Assembly: GCA_963827235.1 (NCBI GenBank) | Contig: CAWHAE010000009.1 | Coordinates: forward strand, 512,001 to 576,000 | Direction: 5' to 3' | Source: an uncultured bacterium | GTDB lineage: Bacteria; Chloroflexota; UBA5177; JANWHV01 | Length of the DNA stretch: 64,000 bases | Shown here: one piece after another, positions 35,144-45,749 of the stretch | Layout: every line of letters begins with the position of its first letter | Numbering within the stretch: the first letter of the stretch is position 1 | Translations under genes and position numbers: made by a program | Notes under the pieces: model-generated | What the model was told of the DNA's origin: nothing | Database searches by the model: none | The model's input: the letters and a program-made list of their open reading frames with translations, nothing else

Positions 35144-35845
35144 ATGATAGTGCTCGGCGATGTTCACGGCCGCTGGCATGACGTGGTCGGCCTGATCGTG
35201 CGTGCGGGGATCCGGGGTCGAGACATACTGCAGCTCGGCGATTTCGGCATCGGTTTTGCCCCGCCCGGACCGGAGGCGCGGTTGCTGGCTCTGCTGGACG
35301 ACGTGCTTGCGTCGCGCGGCTGCCGGCTCTGGGTCATACGCGGGAACCACGATCGACCCGATCGTTGGGCGCCGGAGGCGCCTCGGCCCTGGACCGCGAT
35401 TCATCTCGTGCCCGACTACACCGTGCTGCACTTGGAAGGTCAGGCCGTGCTGTGCGCCGGCGGGGCGGTCTCCGTCGATCGGCGCGCCCGTGTGGTCGGT
35501 GCCTACTGGCCGAATGAAGGCTTCGTCCTCGATGCCGAGCGGTTGGACCGGCTCGATCTCACGGGCCTGTCCATCGTGGCAACACATACGGCGCCGGAGG
35601 GTGCCCACCCTCGCGAGCTCGGTCCCCTGGTCGCTCACTTCGCCCGCAACGATCCCTCGCTGCTGGAGGAGCTGGCGGCGGAGCGGCGGGCCATGGCGGC
35701 CCTGGCAGCCTTGGTCGCCAAACGGGCCGTGCCCCGATTCTGGTGCTACGGGCACTTTCACGACCGCCGGATCGAGCAGATCGGCCCCACGTGCTATCTC
35801 CTGCTCGACGTGCTCGAGTTTGCCGAGGTGCCGCTCATCCGGTAG
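35144..35845 (+). CDS. Calcineurin-like metallophosphoesterase
   Basis: GDVHG, LGDFG, RGNHD, THTAP, GHFH motifs. Confidence 0.88.
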   Translation: MIVLGDVHGRWHDVVGLIVRAGIRGRDILQLGDFGIGFAPPGPEARLLALLDDVLASRGCRLWVIRGNHDRPDRWAPEAPRPWTAIHLVPDYTVLHLEGQAVLCAGGAVSVDRRARVVGAYWPNEGFVLDAERLDRLDLTGLSIVATHTAPEGAHPRELGPLVAHFARNDPSLLEELAAERRAMAALAALVAKRAVPRFWCYGHFHDRRIEQIGPTCYLLLDVLEFAEVPLIR

Positions 35846-36200
35846 CCGCGCCAGCCGGACGGACAGGAACGTCATGGGCCTGGAACAGTTTTGCCGCGCC
35901 GATCTGCGCACAAACCGGACGTCTCAGGCGCGGGTATGCCCTCACGGCACCAGTCCAGCAAGGCAGAGAATGCTGCATCAAGATCTGGCTCGATTGTTGC
36001 TCGAGAGCCCTGGTAGCCATGTGTAGTGCCGGCCTGATTCCAGCTTGCGTGGCTGACCCCGGGGCACTTGGCGACCCGTGCCGGCGCGTCGAGCCACCCG
36101 CGGGTGGCACAGCCGGACATTCGCCTGGCCGATTGGAGACGGCAAAGGCGGCCGCAGTGCTACGATACAGTAACGATCCACTATCGGGAAGGACGCCTGC

Positions 36201-37346
36201 ATGTCCGGGCACGAGCGCGGCAATCTGCTGCTCATCTCTGAAAGCTATAACAACGCCGCTATGTACTATGCCATCGGCTTCCTCTTCGGCGATGAGGTGA
36301 TGTACCTGCACCACGCAGCCGGGGAGACGCTGGTGTGCTCGAACTTCGAGCGCGACGAGGCGGCGCGCCGCAGCAAGATCCGCGATGTGCTGAGCCCGGA
36401 CGATCTCGGCTATTTGGAGCTTGCCCGCCGAGAGTCGGACCAGCACCGCGCGTATGCCGAGCTGGTGCTGCGCCTGCTGGAGCGTTACGGCGTCCACGAG
36501 GTCACCGTCGGTCCCGTAATCCCCCTGCACGTGGTCGACCATCTGCGTGCCCGCGGCGTCTCCGTCACCTGCGATCCCGCCGCCCTCGAGGGCGAGCGTT
36601 TGGTTAAGAGCGCGGACGAGATCGCCGCCGTGGAGACGGCACAGCGCGCCACCGAGCGCGCGATGGACAAAGCAATCGAGGTGGTGGCGGGCAGCGAGTC
36701 GCGAGACGGCGTGCTCGTTCACGAGGGCAGCCCGCTCACCTCTGAACGGCTCCGGGCGATCGTGGACGTTGTCCTGCTCGAGGAGGGCTGTTTCGGCGAA
36801 GGCACGATCATAGCCTGCGGCACCGACGGCGCCGCGCCGCACAACCGTGGGGCGGGTGCTCTGCGGCCCAATCAGCCGATCATCCTCGACCTGTTCCCGC
36901 GCCATCGCGAGCTCCGCTATTTCGCCGACATGACCCGCACCGTGAGCAAAGGAGATCCAGGGCCGGAGATCCGGCGCATGTACGACGTCACGCTTAGGGC
37001 GCAGGAGCTAGCCCTCGGCCTGATCCGGCCCGGCGCCAACGGCAGAGTGGTCTACGAAGCGGTGTGCAGGCACTATGAAGAGGCCGGCTATGCCACGTCG
37101 CTACGCGACGGCGCCTTCCCAGCCAAGGGCTTCATCCACGGCCTGGGTCACGGCGTAGGTCTGGAAATCCACGAGCGACCGAGCCTGAATCGAGTCGACT
37201 CTCCGCTCGAAGCCGGCCACGTGGTGACCGTCGAGCCGGGACTCTACGATCCACGCATCGGCGGCGTGCGCATTGAGGATCTGGTAGTCGTGACCGAGGA
37301 TGGCTGCCGCGATCTCACCCATGGCGAAAGGCGACTGGTGTACTGA
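36201..37346 (+). CDS. M24 family Xaa-Pro peptidase
   Basis: ADMTRT, HGLGHGVGLEIHE, TVEPGLY, GGVRIED. Confidence 0.93.
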   Translation: MSGHERGNLLLISESYNNAAMYYAIGFLFGDEVMYLHHAAGETLVCSNFERDEAARRSKIRDVLSPDDLGYLELARRESDQHRAYAELVLRLLERYGVHEVTVGPVIPLHVVDHLRARGVSVTCDPAALEGERLVKSADEIAAVETAQRATERAMDKAIEVVAGSESRDGVLVHEGSPLTSERLRAIVDVVLLEEGCFGEGTIIACGTDGAAPHNRGAGALRPNQPIILDLFPRHRELRYFADMTRTVSKGDPGPEIRRMYDVTLRAQELALGLIRPGANGRVVYEAVCRHYEEAGYATSLRDGAFPAKGFIHGLGHGVGLEIHERPSLNRVDSPLEAGHVVTVEPGLYDPRIGGVRIEDLVVVTEDGCRDLTHGERRLVY

Positions 37347-37348
37347 GC

Positions 37349-37921
37349 GTGCTGCGCAAGTTTCTCACCTTCTACTTCCGAAACATGCGCCGGGGGCCCG
37401 AGCCCCGGGTCAGCAACCGCTACGTGGCGGCTCACCTGGATCGCCAGGCTCTGCCGCGCACGGCACTGACGTTGTTGGCGCTGCTGTGCGTGCTCGTGCT
37501 GATCTTCTTCCTGCACGAGCTGGCGCCGCTGCTTATCATCATGTGCGTGCCGGTCTGCGCCGCCCCGGCCATGGCCTACGCGGCGTCCCCCCTAGGGTAT
37601 GCCATAGACAATCACGGGCTCTATGTAGAGCGGAAGGCGCTCAAGACGGTGAAGATCCCGCTCAGCCAGATCACCAAAGTGCGCTATCTTCCCCGGCCTG
37701 CCCTCCAGGGAGCTATACGGGTCTATGGCACGGGAGGGCTCTTCGGCTGGGCAGGGCGCTATCGCATTCCTAATCTGGGCACCGTGACCATGCACGCGAC
37801 CAATCTGGACCAGCTGATCATCATTCAGCGCCGCTATCGAAAGCCGATCGTGATCAGCCCTGCCGACTCGGAGGCGTTTCTCGCCGGCCTTCGGCAGCAG
37901 TACATGACGCTACAGGCCTGA
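37349..37921 (+). CDS. Membrane protein with bacterial PH domain
   Basis: Two TM helices then IRVYGTGGLFGWAGRY...VISP motif. Confidence 0.75.
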   Translation: MLRKFLTFYFRNMRRGPEPRVSNRYVAAHLDRQALPRTALTLLALLCVLVLIFFLHELAPLLIIMCVPVCAAPAMAYAASPLGYAIDNHGLYVERKALKTVKIPLSQITKVRYLPRPALQGAIRVYGTGGLFGWAGRYRIPNLGTVTMHATNLDQLIIIQRRYRKPIVISPADSEAFLAGLRQQYMTLQA

Positions 37922-38214
37922 GCGCAATCGGCAGGACCTCCAATACGGTGTCAGCACGGACCACGGTGGGTGCCGCGAACCTCTGTCGCATACTCCGGCA
38001 CGGGCGGCAGACGACGAATGCAGATCGCCCGACTGCCGTCAACGGGTGTCGCCGGCTCGACTGCGCCCGAGAAGCTGCATCGGCTGCTATCCCCTGTCTA
38101 CATTGCTCCGATACCGCAAGGAAGGTGCCGTGCTATACATCATCCGCCGGTGCGCGGTGGTAGGATTGTTGGGCTTGAATCGTGTGCTATGCCGTGCCGC
38201 GAGTGAGGTGCCGG

Positions 38215-39603
38215 ATGAGTCAAGTGGTGGTTGAACACAACCGGATCGCAGAGCCGTCGCCAGAGGATCAGGCGTACCAGCGCGACCTGGGCGATGGACT
38301 GCGCCTGCGCTGGTCCACGCCGGCTGACCTCGAACGTCTCGTCGCCCTCTACTCCAACGTCTTTCGCTCGAAGGAGGATTCACCTCCCAACGTCACGCTA
38401 GGGTATTGGGTGAGAGACATGGCCAGCGGGCGCCACCCCCGTATCACCGGATACGATTTTGCCCTGGTCGAGGACAGGAGGACGGGCAAGGTCGTCGCCG
38501 CGACCTGCCTGCTCGCCAATCAAGCGCGGTACGGGCATATCCGCTTCATGATGGGCAGACCTGAGATCGTGGCTACCGAGATTCCCTACCGTCATCGGTC
38601 CCTGCAGCGCGCGATCTTCGGCCTCATCCACGCGCGCAGCGCGGCTCGCGGGCACTTGGCACAGGGTATTACCGGCATTCCCAACTTCTACCGCCAATTC
38701 GGCTACGAATTCGCCATCCCGCTGGAGGACTCGCGACACGTTCACTTCTCCGCCCTTCCCTTGCCGAAAGCAGGGGAACCCACTTCCTACGCGCTTCGCC
38801 CTGCCGTGAAGGAGGATATCCCGCTGTTGCTCGCGCTGTCGGCGCGCGAGCAAGCGTGCTGGCAGATCGCGAGTGTGCTGGATGAAGCGGCGTGGCGCTG
38901 GATGGCCTTTGACTGCGATCCGGCGACGGGAAATCTCGGCGCGACCTACATGATCACCAGGGCTGCCGGCGGCGATACCATCGGCTACCTCATGCTCAGC
39001 CGCATTCGCAGCGGCGACTCGGCGGGCCTCTGGGGCATGGCAGTCAACGAGGGTCAATCTCTGGCCGAGGCTGCACCGCACGCCCTTCGCGCGGCGCGAG
39101 ACGTCGTGGCGACGTTTCCGTGCCGTCCCCAGGATGCGCCGCCTGCCACTCGTTTCAGGCTGGAGATGGGACCGGGGCACGCGATCTTCGATGCGCTCGG
39201 CCCCTACCTGGCACCGCAGAGCGGCGGCCGTTATGCCTGGTGGATGCGCATTCCGGATGTGCCCGCGTTCATCCGGCACATCGCGCCCGTGCTGGAGCAG
39301 CGCCTGGAGCACTCGGTCCTGGCCGGACGGAGCGGCGACTTCTGCATCGGCTTCTATCGCGGCGGGCTGCGTCTCTCCTTCGTGCAAGGCAAGCTGGTCA
39401 CCGTAGAGCCCTGGCAGAAACCCCTCTGGGGAGAATGCCAGGCGGCGTTCCCGCCGTTGATCTTCACGCAGCTTCTTCTGGGATACCGCAGCTTTGCCGA
39501 TCTGGCGTATGCGCACATCGACGTGCGGGCTGATGGAGTAGATCGGACCATGCTGGAAACGCTCTTCCCGCCCCGGCCGTCTTTTATGCTGCCGTTGGAT
39601 TAG
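38215..39603 (+). CDS. Eis-like multi-domain GNAT acetyltransferase
   Basis: GRPEIVAT..YRHRSL, GIPNFYRQFGYEFA; SCP2-like C-terminus. Confidence 0.8.
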   Translation: MSQVVVEHNRIAEPSPEDQAYQRDLGDGLRLRWSTPADLERLVALYSNVFRSKEDSPPNVTLGYWVRDMASGRHPRITGYDFALVEDRRTGKVVAATCLLANQARYGHIRFMMGRPEIVATEIPYRHRSLQRAIFGLIHARSAARGHLAQGITGIPNFYRQFGYEFAIPLEDSRHVHFSALPLPKAGEPTSYALRPAVKEDIPLLLALSAREQACWQIASVLDEAAWRWMAFDCDPATGNLGATYMITRAAGGDTIGYLMLSRIRSGDSAGLWGMAVNEGQSLAEAAPHALRAARDVVATFPCRPQDAPPATRFRLEMGPGHAIFDALGPYLAPQSGGRYAWWMRIPDVPAFIRHIAPVLEQRLEHSVLAGRSGDFCIGFYRGGLRLSFVQGKLVTVEPWQKPLWGECQAAFPPLIFTQLLLGYRSFADLAYAHIDVRADGVDRTMLETLFPPRPSFMLPLD

Positions 39604-39607
39604 CGCG

Positions 39608-40819
39608 CTAGAGGCCGGTGCCGGTCAAGGCAAGCGCCAGCATGGCATTGCCGGCCAGGGCACGTTCCATCTGCTCGATGCTGATGCGCTCGTCCGCGAT
39701 GTGACAGTGCTCTTCCAGGCCGGGTCCATAGCCCACGGGCGGTATGCCCGCGTCATGCAGATGCCCTCCGTCGGTGGCGAAGGGCCAGAATCCGGCCGGC
39801 TCGCCACCCAGCGCTTCCTCCGCTTGTCGCACGACCCAGTGGTCCGGCGGCAGGGAGTAGGGACGGAAAATGGACGGCAGGTGCATGCTCATGCCCGCGT
39901 AGCTGAGCATGTCGTCGTGCTCGACGGCCACCGTGCCGCGGCTGCCCGGCAGCAACACCGCATCCAGACGCGTCTGAAGCTCTCGCACCATGGCCTCCGG
40001 CACCTCGCCGGGCACCGTGCGCCAATCCAGGTGGATGCTCACGCTCTCGGGTATGACGTTGATGCTCTCGTTATCGGAGCGGTAGACGGTAGGAGTGAGC
40101 GTTGCCGTCTTAAAATCGGTACGCGTGGCCATCGGCAGATCGCGCAGGGAGAGCAAGAACGCCGCGGCAACCGGGTGCGGATTGACGGCGCGATCTGGCG
40201 TGCTTGCATGTCCCGCCCGCCCGGTGATGGTCACGCGCAGTCCCGTGCGACCGCGGTGCCCGCGCTTGAGCAGGCAGTTGCTTGGCTCACCCACCACCGC
40301 GCAGTCTGCTGTGAGATGAGTCGCCAGGTGCTGCGTACCCAGGCCGCCGATTTCTTCCATCACCACGGCCGTGACGAACACGTCTCCGGCAGGGAGCATG
40401 CCCGCAGCGCGCAGGAGGGGCACGACATAGACCTGGCAGGCCAGCGGGCCTTTCATGTCGGTGGCGCCGCGTCCCCACAGATAGCCGCCGGCGATGTGGC
40501 CGGAAAACGGGTCGGCATGCCAATGCGCCCGATCCCCGGCCGAGACCATATCCATGTGCCCGTTGAACACAAGGCTCCGTCCTGAGCCGGAGCCTCGAAG
40601 GAAGCCAATCACGTTGCCGGCGGCGTCCACCTGCACGTCGTCGTAGGCCAGACTTTCCATCTCTTGCCTGAGCAACTGCGCGACCCGGCCCTCTTCACCG
40701 GGCATGCTGGGAGTCTGTACCAGCCGCGCGGCAAACTGAACCGCCGCATCACGCTGCGCTGCAGCGTGGTTGTGAATGCGTTGACGAGCCTCCAAGACCT
40801 GGCTTCCCTCTGGTCTCAT
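39608..40819 (-). CDS. M20 metallopeptidase/deacylase (ArgE/DapE/YgeY-like)
   Basis: GHMDMV, GRGATDMKG, MEEIGG, GEPS, TDGGH, HIADE. Confidence 0.9.
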   Translation of the reverse strand: MRPEGSQVLEARQRIHNHAAAQRDAAVQFAARLVQTPSMPGEEGRVAQLLRQEMESLAYDDVQVDAAGNVIGFLRGSGSGRSLVFNGHMDMVSAGDRAHWHADPFSGHIAGGYLWGRGATDMKGPLACQVYVVPLLRAAGMLPAGDVFVTAVVMEEIGGLGTQHLATHLTADCAVVGEPSNCLLKRGHRGRTGLRVTITGRAGHASTPDRAVNPHPVAAAFLLSLRDLPMATRTDFKTATLTPTVYRSDNESINVIPESVSIHLDWRTVPGEVPEAMVRELQTRLDAVLLPGSRGTVAVEHDDMLSYAGMSMHLPSIFRPYSLPPDHWVVRQAEEALGGEPAGFWPFATDGGHLHDAGIPPVGYGPGLEEHCHIADERISIEQMERALAGNAMLALALTGTGL

Positions 40820-40939
40820 CTTTTATTGAGAGTATAGCGTGCCCACCCGGACCGTTCACCACCCGGAACGAGTTGGCAAGTGCTGCCCCTCAGATTTCCG
40901 CGGGCCAGGTGGCCAGGTGGCGAAGTAGCCAAATGGGCC

Positions 40940-40969
40940 TTGACATCACGGCCCGAGTCGGCCTATACT
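40940..40969 (+). promoter_or_regulatory. Sigma70 promoter upstream of the glpX relic and rho
   Basis: TTGACA (40940-45), 18 bp spacer, TATACT (40964-69). Confidence 0.7.
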
Positions 40970-41291
40970 CCATCATCCCATACGACTTCCTCGTTATCTC
41001 TTGCCCTGGGCGGCGAGTTTCCACGCGTCCGGACCGCATGGGGATGCCTGCATGCACTACGTCACTCCGGCTGCCGGCATGTGGTGCCTTTGGAGGTTGC
41101 TAGCTACTCAAATCCCATGGTGCTTTCGTCAAAGTCCTTGCCGGCATGGGTCTGCCTTGCTGCCGGTACGGCCGAGACGGCACGGCGCTGAGGAGTGCTG
41201 AGAACTTTATCCATGAGTGACCATCTCGATCATCTCCTCGAGCCAGAGCTCGTACGCTTGCCTCGAGCGACGGCGCCGGCTGCCGGATGGA

Positions 41292-41765
41292 CTACGGTGC
41301 GAATTGGCGCGCGAATTGCCTGAAGCCGGGACAAAACCGCTGCTCATTTTGGATGGCGATATCTCAGGCGCCTCGACGGCGCCGATGGAAGACTATTTTC
41401 GTGTCTCTATGTTGATGGGAATTGGCGGGTCGCCCGTGATCGAGCTCGCGACATGTGCGCCGAAACGTTGGGAGTGAGTGAATGTCGATTGTGGCCAAGC
41501 AGTGAGGGGGAAGAAGCAGACAGCGCTGAATGCCGAACTAGACTTCCGCGAGTTTCCGCGCATTTTGACAACCGATGACCTCGAAAAGAATGACAATGTG
41601 TTCTTTACCGCAAGCGGCATCACATATGAAGGGCTATTTCGCGGCGTGCAGTAGACCGGTTATGGCGCGCGCACCCATAGCATCTCTATGCGGCAGCGAT
41701 CAGGCACGACGCGTTGGATTGAGGCGGTGCACCATTGGACGAGATTGACGGATATAGACTCAACG
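41292..41765 (+). pseudogene. glpX: Degraded class II fructose-1,6-bisphosphatase (3' half)
   Basis: One frame with stops at 41475 and 41652: ELPEAG..LILDGDI..MLMGIGGSP..*..RILTTDDL..DNVFFTASGIT..GLFRGV.*..GARTHSISMRQRSGTTRWIEAVH. Confidence 0.85.
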
Positions 41766-43294
41766 ACCTGCCTTCCCCGAATCTCCAGGGATCGAGCGAA
41801 GGGAGGGAAATCGCAGAAACGAACGGCCACGCAACGCCGGTTGCCCTGGCAGAACCGCCGCGCGAGACGCTCGACATCGAGCCTGAGCCGGTGCTGCAGG
41901 ACCTGCTGTCCTGCCCACCGGCGGACCTGATCGTGACGGTTCCCGAGCCGGCCGAGATCGATCAGCAGGCTGCAGGCCTTGACCGCGACGCACGCGAGCA
42001 GGATCGCGGCTCCGCCGTTCCGGGCGGCAAGCGCGCGAACCTGGCCGAGCTGGAAGGGAAGACGCTTCACGAGCTGCGCGAGATGGCCAAGAGCCTGGAG
42101 GTGACCGGCTATACCGCCCTCAAGAAAGGCGATCTGATCTTCAGGCTTTTGCAGGCACAGACCGAACAGCAGGGAAATCTCTTCCGTGATGGCGTGCTCG
42201 ATATCGTGGAAGAAGGCTTCGGTTTCCTTCGCAAGGACCGCTATCTGCCCGGGAGCGACGACATCTACGTCTCCCTCTCTCAGATCCGTCGCTTTGGTCT
42301 GCGCACCGGAGACCGTGTCAGTGGTCAGGTGCGCGCGCCAAAAGAAAGCGAGAAGTACTACGGCCTGCTGCGCGTGGAGGCGGTCAACGGCGTGGACCCG
42401 GAGACGGCCAAACGCCGGCCTCATTTCGACCGCTTGACTCCCATCTACCCCAATCAGCAGCTCACGCTGGAAACCACGCCCGCCATCGTCGCCACGCGGC
42501 TGCTGGATATCGTGGCGCCTATTGGACGGGGCCAGCGCGGCATGATCGTCGCCCCCCCCAAAGCCGGCAAGACGATAATCCTCAAGCAGATAGCCAACGC
42601 CATCAACACGAACCATCCGGATGTGCACCTGATGGTCGTGCTGGTCGGAGAGCGCCCCGAGGAAGTCACCGACATGGAGCGCTCGGTCAAGTGCGCCGAG
42701 GTGCTCAGCGCGACGTTTGACGAGCAAGCCGATCATCACACCCGCGTGGCAGAGATGGCCCTGGAACGGGCCAAGCGCCTGGTGGAAAGCGGCAAAGACG
42801 TCGTCCTCTTGCTGGATAGCATTACGCGGCTCACCCGCGCCTACAACACGGCCATCCCCTCGAGTGGTCGCACGCTGTCCGGCGGTATCGACCCCAACGC
42901 GATCTTCCCGCCCAAACGCTTCTTCGGCGCAGCGCGCAAAATCGAAGGCGCCGGCAGCCTCACCATCATCGCCACCTGTCTGATCGAGACGGGTAGCCGC
43001 ATGGACGACGTGATCTACGAGGAGTTCAAGGGCACCGGCAACATGGAGGTGATTCTGGAGCGCAAGCTGGCGGAAAAGCGCGTCTTCCCCGCGGTAGACG
43101 TGCTGCGCTCGGGCACGCGTCACGAGGAGCTGCTGATGGACGAACAGACGCTTCAGCGCGTCTGGCTCATGCGCAGAATGGTCAATGCCCTGGGCGGTAC
43201 CGAGGGCACTGAGCTATTGCTCAATTACCTGGCGAAGACGGCGACCAACAGGGAGTTTCTTGCTTCTCTGCACAAGGGCGATGTGCAGCCCTAA
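41735..43294 (+). CDS. rho: Transcription termination factor Rho with ~100-aa acidic N-terminal extension (start uncertain)
   Basis: [49 protein letters not shown]. Confidence 0.96.
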   Translation: MDEIDGYRLNDLPSPNLQGSSEGREIAETNGHATPVALAEPPRETLDIEPEPVLQDLLSCPPADLIVTVPEPAEIDQQAAGLDRDAREQDRGSAVPGGKRANLAELEGKTLHELREMAKSLEVTGYTALKKGDLIFRLLQAQTEQQGNLFRDGVLDIVEEGFGFLRKDRYLPGSDDIYVSLSQIRRFGLRTGDRVSGQVRAPKESEKYYGLLRVEAVNGVDPETAKRRPHFDRLTPIYPNQQLTLETTPAIVATRLLDIVAPIGRGQRGMIVAPPKAGKTIILKQIANAINTNHPDVHLMVVLVGERPEEVTDMERSVKCAEVLSATFDEQADHHTRVAEMALERAKRLVESGKDVVLLLDSITRLTRAYNTAIPSSGRTLSGGIDPNAIFPPKRFFGAARKIEGAGSLTIIATCLIETGSRMDDVIYEEFKGTGNMEVILERKLAEKRVFPAVDVLRSGTRHEELLMDEQTLQRVWLMRRMVNALGGTEGTELLLNYLAKTATNREFLASLHKGDVQP

Positions 43295-43303
43295 GATCAA
43301 TCG

Positions 43304-43783
43304 TCACATATCCCTATACATCATTGGAGGCTCATCGACCAGGCTGAATTTCTCACCCTGCGCGTTACACTCGGTGCAGTGATCGGGAGGGTTGGCGCCA
43401 TACTGTTGGGCGCCGCAGACCGTGCAGGTCCAGCGTTGCGCTATGCGCTTGAGCAGATCCGTGCGGGTGACCAGACCCACCAGCTTCCCGGCCCGCACCA
43501 CGAGGACGCGGTGCATGCGCTTCAAGATATAGCCGACGTCCTCGAGATCGTAATCCGGCGAGACCGTGATCATCTGCGTGCTCATGATGTCGCCGACACT
43601 CCGGCCCTGCTTGCCGATCATGTCTGCGTCGCTCACGGTGCCCACGATATTTCCGTCGGCGGCGATCACCGGCAAGCACGCGAGGTGACGGCGCACCAGC
43701 TCGGCCGCTGCCGCTTCGACTGAGGTTTCGGGCGCCACGGTGATGACTTCCGGGGTCATGACATCTTGGGCAGTAAGGTTCAT
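43304..43783 (-). CDS. CBS-pair protein with C-terminal rubredoxin-like metal site
   Basis: Two CBS motifs then WTCTVCG....PPDHCTECNA..EKF. Confidence 0.85.
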   Translation of the reverse strand: MNLTAQDVMTPEVITVAPETSVEAAAAELVRRHLACLPVIAADGNIVGTVSDADMIGKQGRSVGDIMSTQMITVSPDYDLEDVGYILKRMHRVLVVRAGKLVGLVTRTDLLKRIAQRWTCTVCGAQQYGANPPDHCTECNAQGEKFSLVDEPPMMYRDM

Positions 43784-44020
43784 GGTTCCTCTACTTTATG
43801 CATACGGCGCATCACGCCTGGCGGGCTCCGGCCCCTGAGCAGGTGACGCCGGCACACCAGGCGATCGTGCCGCCAGCTCACTACGAGCAGGATACCGCAC
43901 TGGCGTGGCGCCGGAACGAGGGTAGGCGAGCGGGCGCGACGGGCTGATACTGCAGCCGTCTCAGACCGATACACTAAGTGATGAGGGCTTGCGCGAGTTT
44001 GCTATGAAGGAGCCAGCTGA

Positions 44021-45583
44021 TTGCGTATTTTTGATACCAGGAGTGCCCAGAAACTGGAGTTCGAGCCGGAGCACGACCCGGTTTTGATGTATATGTGCGG
44101 GCTGACGCCGAAGAATGAGCCGCATATCGGACACGCCAAGCTGTTTGTCACGGCTGACCTCATCCGCCGGCACCTGGAGTATCGGGGCTACAACGTGCGC
44201 TATATCCAGAACGTCACGGATATAGACGACAAGATCATCGCGCGTGCCCAAATGGAGGGGATATCTCCGGAGCAGGTGGCGGCCAAGTATAGCGCTTCCT
44301 ACTTCGCCAGCGTCGACGCCCTCTATTGCCGCCCCGCCGATCACTATCCGACCGTTACCACGACGATGCCAAAGATCATCGCCATGATCGAGGGTCTGGT
44401 AGCCAGCGGCCACGCGTACCGGGTGGGCGACGACGTGTACTTTCGCGTAGCCAGGTTTCCCGACTACGGAAAGCTCTCCAAGCGAAATACAGCGGTCGAC
44501 AACACCGTGGGTCGCGGCCTGCAGGCCCGCGGGAAGGAGGCCATACCCATCGCCGTGGACGGCGGCGGATCGGAGGAGGGTGAGCGCGGCAAGGAGGACC
44601 CGCGCGACTTTGCCCTCTGGAAGGCGGCCAAGCCGGGAGAGCCACAGTGGGAAAGCCCCTGGGGCTACGGTCGCCCCGGCTGGCATATCGAATGCTCGGC
44701 CATGGCAAGAGCGGAGCTTGCCGACAGGATCGACATCCATGGCGGCGGATCAGATCTCATCTTTCCGCACCATGAAAACGAGATTGCGCAGAGTGAGTCG
44801 TTTACAGGGAAGTCGCCCTTCGCCAAATACTGGGCGCATATCGGCGCCCTGATGGTCTATGTTACGGATGAGAATGGCGAGCAGGTCTTGCAGAAGATGT
44901 CGCATTCGCTCGGCAACTTCGTGGCGATCAAAGACATTCTCGCCCGCTATGAGCCGTCCGTGCTCCGGTTGTACCTCTTGTCTCAGCAGTACCGCTCTCC
45001 CGTGGCCTATACCGAGGACTCACTGGCGGAGATAGAAGTAGGTTGGGAACGCCTCTGCACCGCCACGAGGAATCTCGACCTGCTGCTGAGCTGGCAGCCG
45101 GTACGGGCGGTACAGCCGGATGAGCCGGTGGAGCTGGAGATGCGCAAGGAAACGCGCCAGCTCCTCAATCAGATCGATACGTCCGTTGAAGCGTTCCATG
45201 CCGGTATGGACGACGACTTCAACACTGCCCAGGCCATTGCCGCTCTCTATGACCTGGCAGGCCAGGTTAACCGGTATAAGGATTTCCTCCGCGATCCGAA
45301 GCTGGTGAACCCGACGGTCAAGGGCGCCCTCCTGCGCGCTTTGGAGGCGTTCAACACGATTATGGGCGTACTCGGGTTAGTGGTAGCGCCGGAAGGTCCG
45401 GCAGTCGAGTCCCCCGAATTCACCGCGAAGGTGGAGGGGATGATCGAGCGACGGCGTGAGCTGCGTGCAGCACGCGATTTTGCCGGTGCGGACGCCGTTC
45501 GCGATGAGCTCAAGGCGATGGGCGTGATTGTGGAAGATCACCCACAGGGCGTGCGCTGGCGAAGAGATCGGCACGCCAAGTAG
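44021..45583 (+). CDS. cysS: Cysteine--tRNA ligase
   Basis: CGLTP..HIGH, DFALWK, GRPGWHIECS, HGGGSDLIFPHHENE, KMSHSLGN. Confidence 0.97.
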   Translation: MRIFDTRSAQKLEFEPEHDPVLMYMCGLTPKNEPHIGHAKLFVTADLIRRHLEYRGYNVRYIQNVTDIDDKIIARAQMEGISPEQVAAKYSASYFASVDALYCRPADHYPTVTTTMPKIIAMIEGLVASGHAYRVGDDVYFRVARFPDYGKLSKRNTAVDNTVGRGLQARGKEAIPIAVDGGGSEEGERGKEDPRDFALWKAAKPGEPQWESPWGYGRPGWHIECSAMARAELADRIDIHGGGSDLIFPHHENEIAQSESFTGKSPFAKYWAHIGALMVYVTDENGEQVLQKMSHSLGNFVAIKDILARYEPSVLRLYLLSQQYRSPVAYTEDSLAEIEVGWERLCTATRNLDLLLSWQPVRAVQPDEPVELEMRKETRQLLNQIDTSVEAFHAGMDDDFNTAQAIAALYDLAGQVNRYKDFLRDPKLVNPTVKGALLRALEAFNTIMGVLGLVVAPEGPAVESPEFTAKVEGMIERRRELRAARDFAGADAVRDELKAMGVIVEDHPQGVRWRRDRHAK

Positions 45584-45749
45584 GTCCGGCTGTTAGAGCC
45601 CGCCACGCACGAGCGTGGGCGGGTCGAGTTGATAGAACGAACTCCGCGTTCAGACGCGGAACCGGCGTGGGCTAGAAGCGCGCGCCACGCCGGATGTAAG
45701 TGCAGCCGTCTTTGTCGAGCATCTACGGCTGAGAGAATAGGCAGATTTC

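Noticed and set aside
43784-44020. T-box leader before cysS
   Set aside because: No GGTGGNACCGCG T-box sequence or terminator
45596-45625. Hairpin after cysS as a terminator
   Set aside because: GC stem is present but has no U-tract; function unsupported
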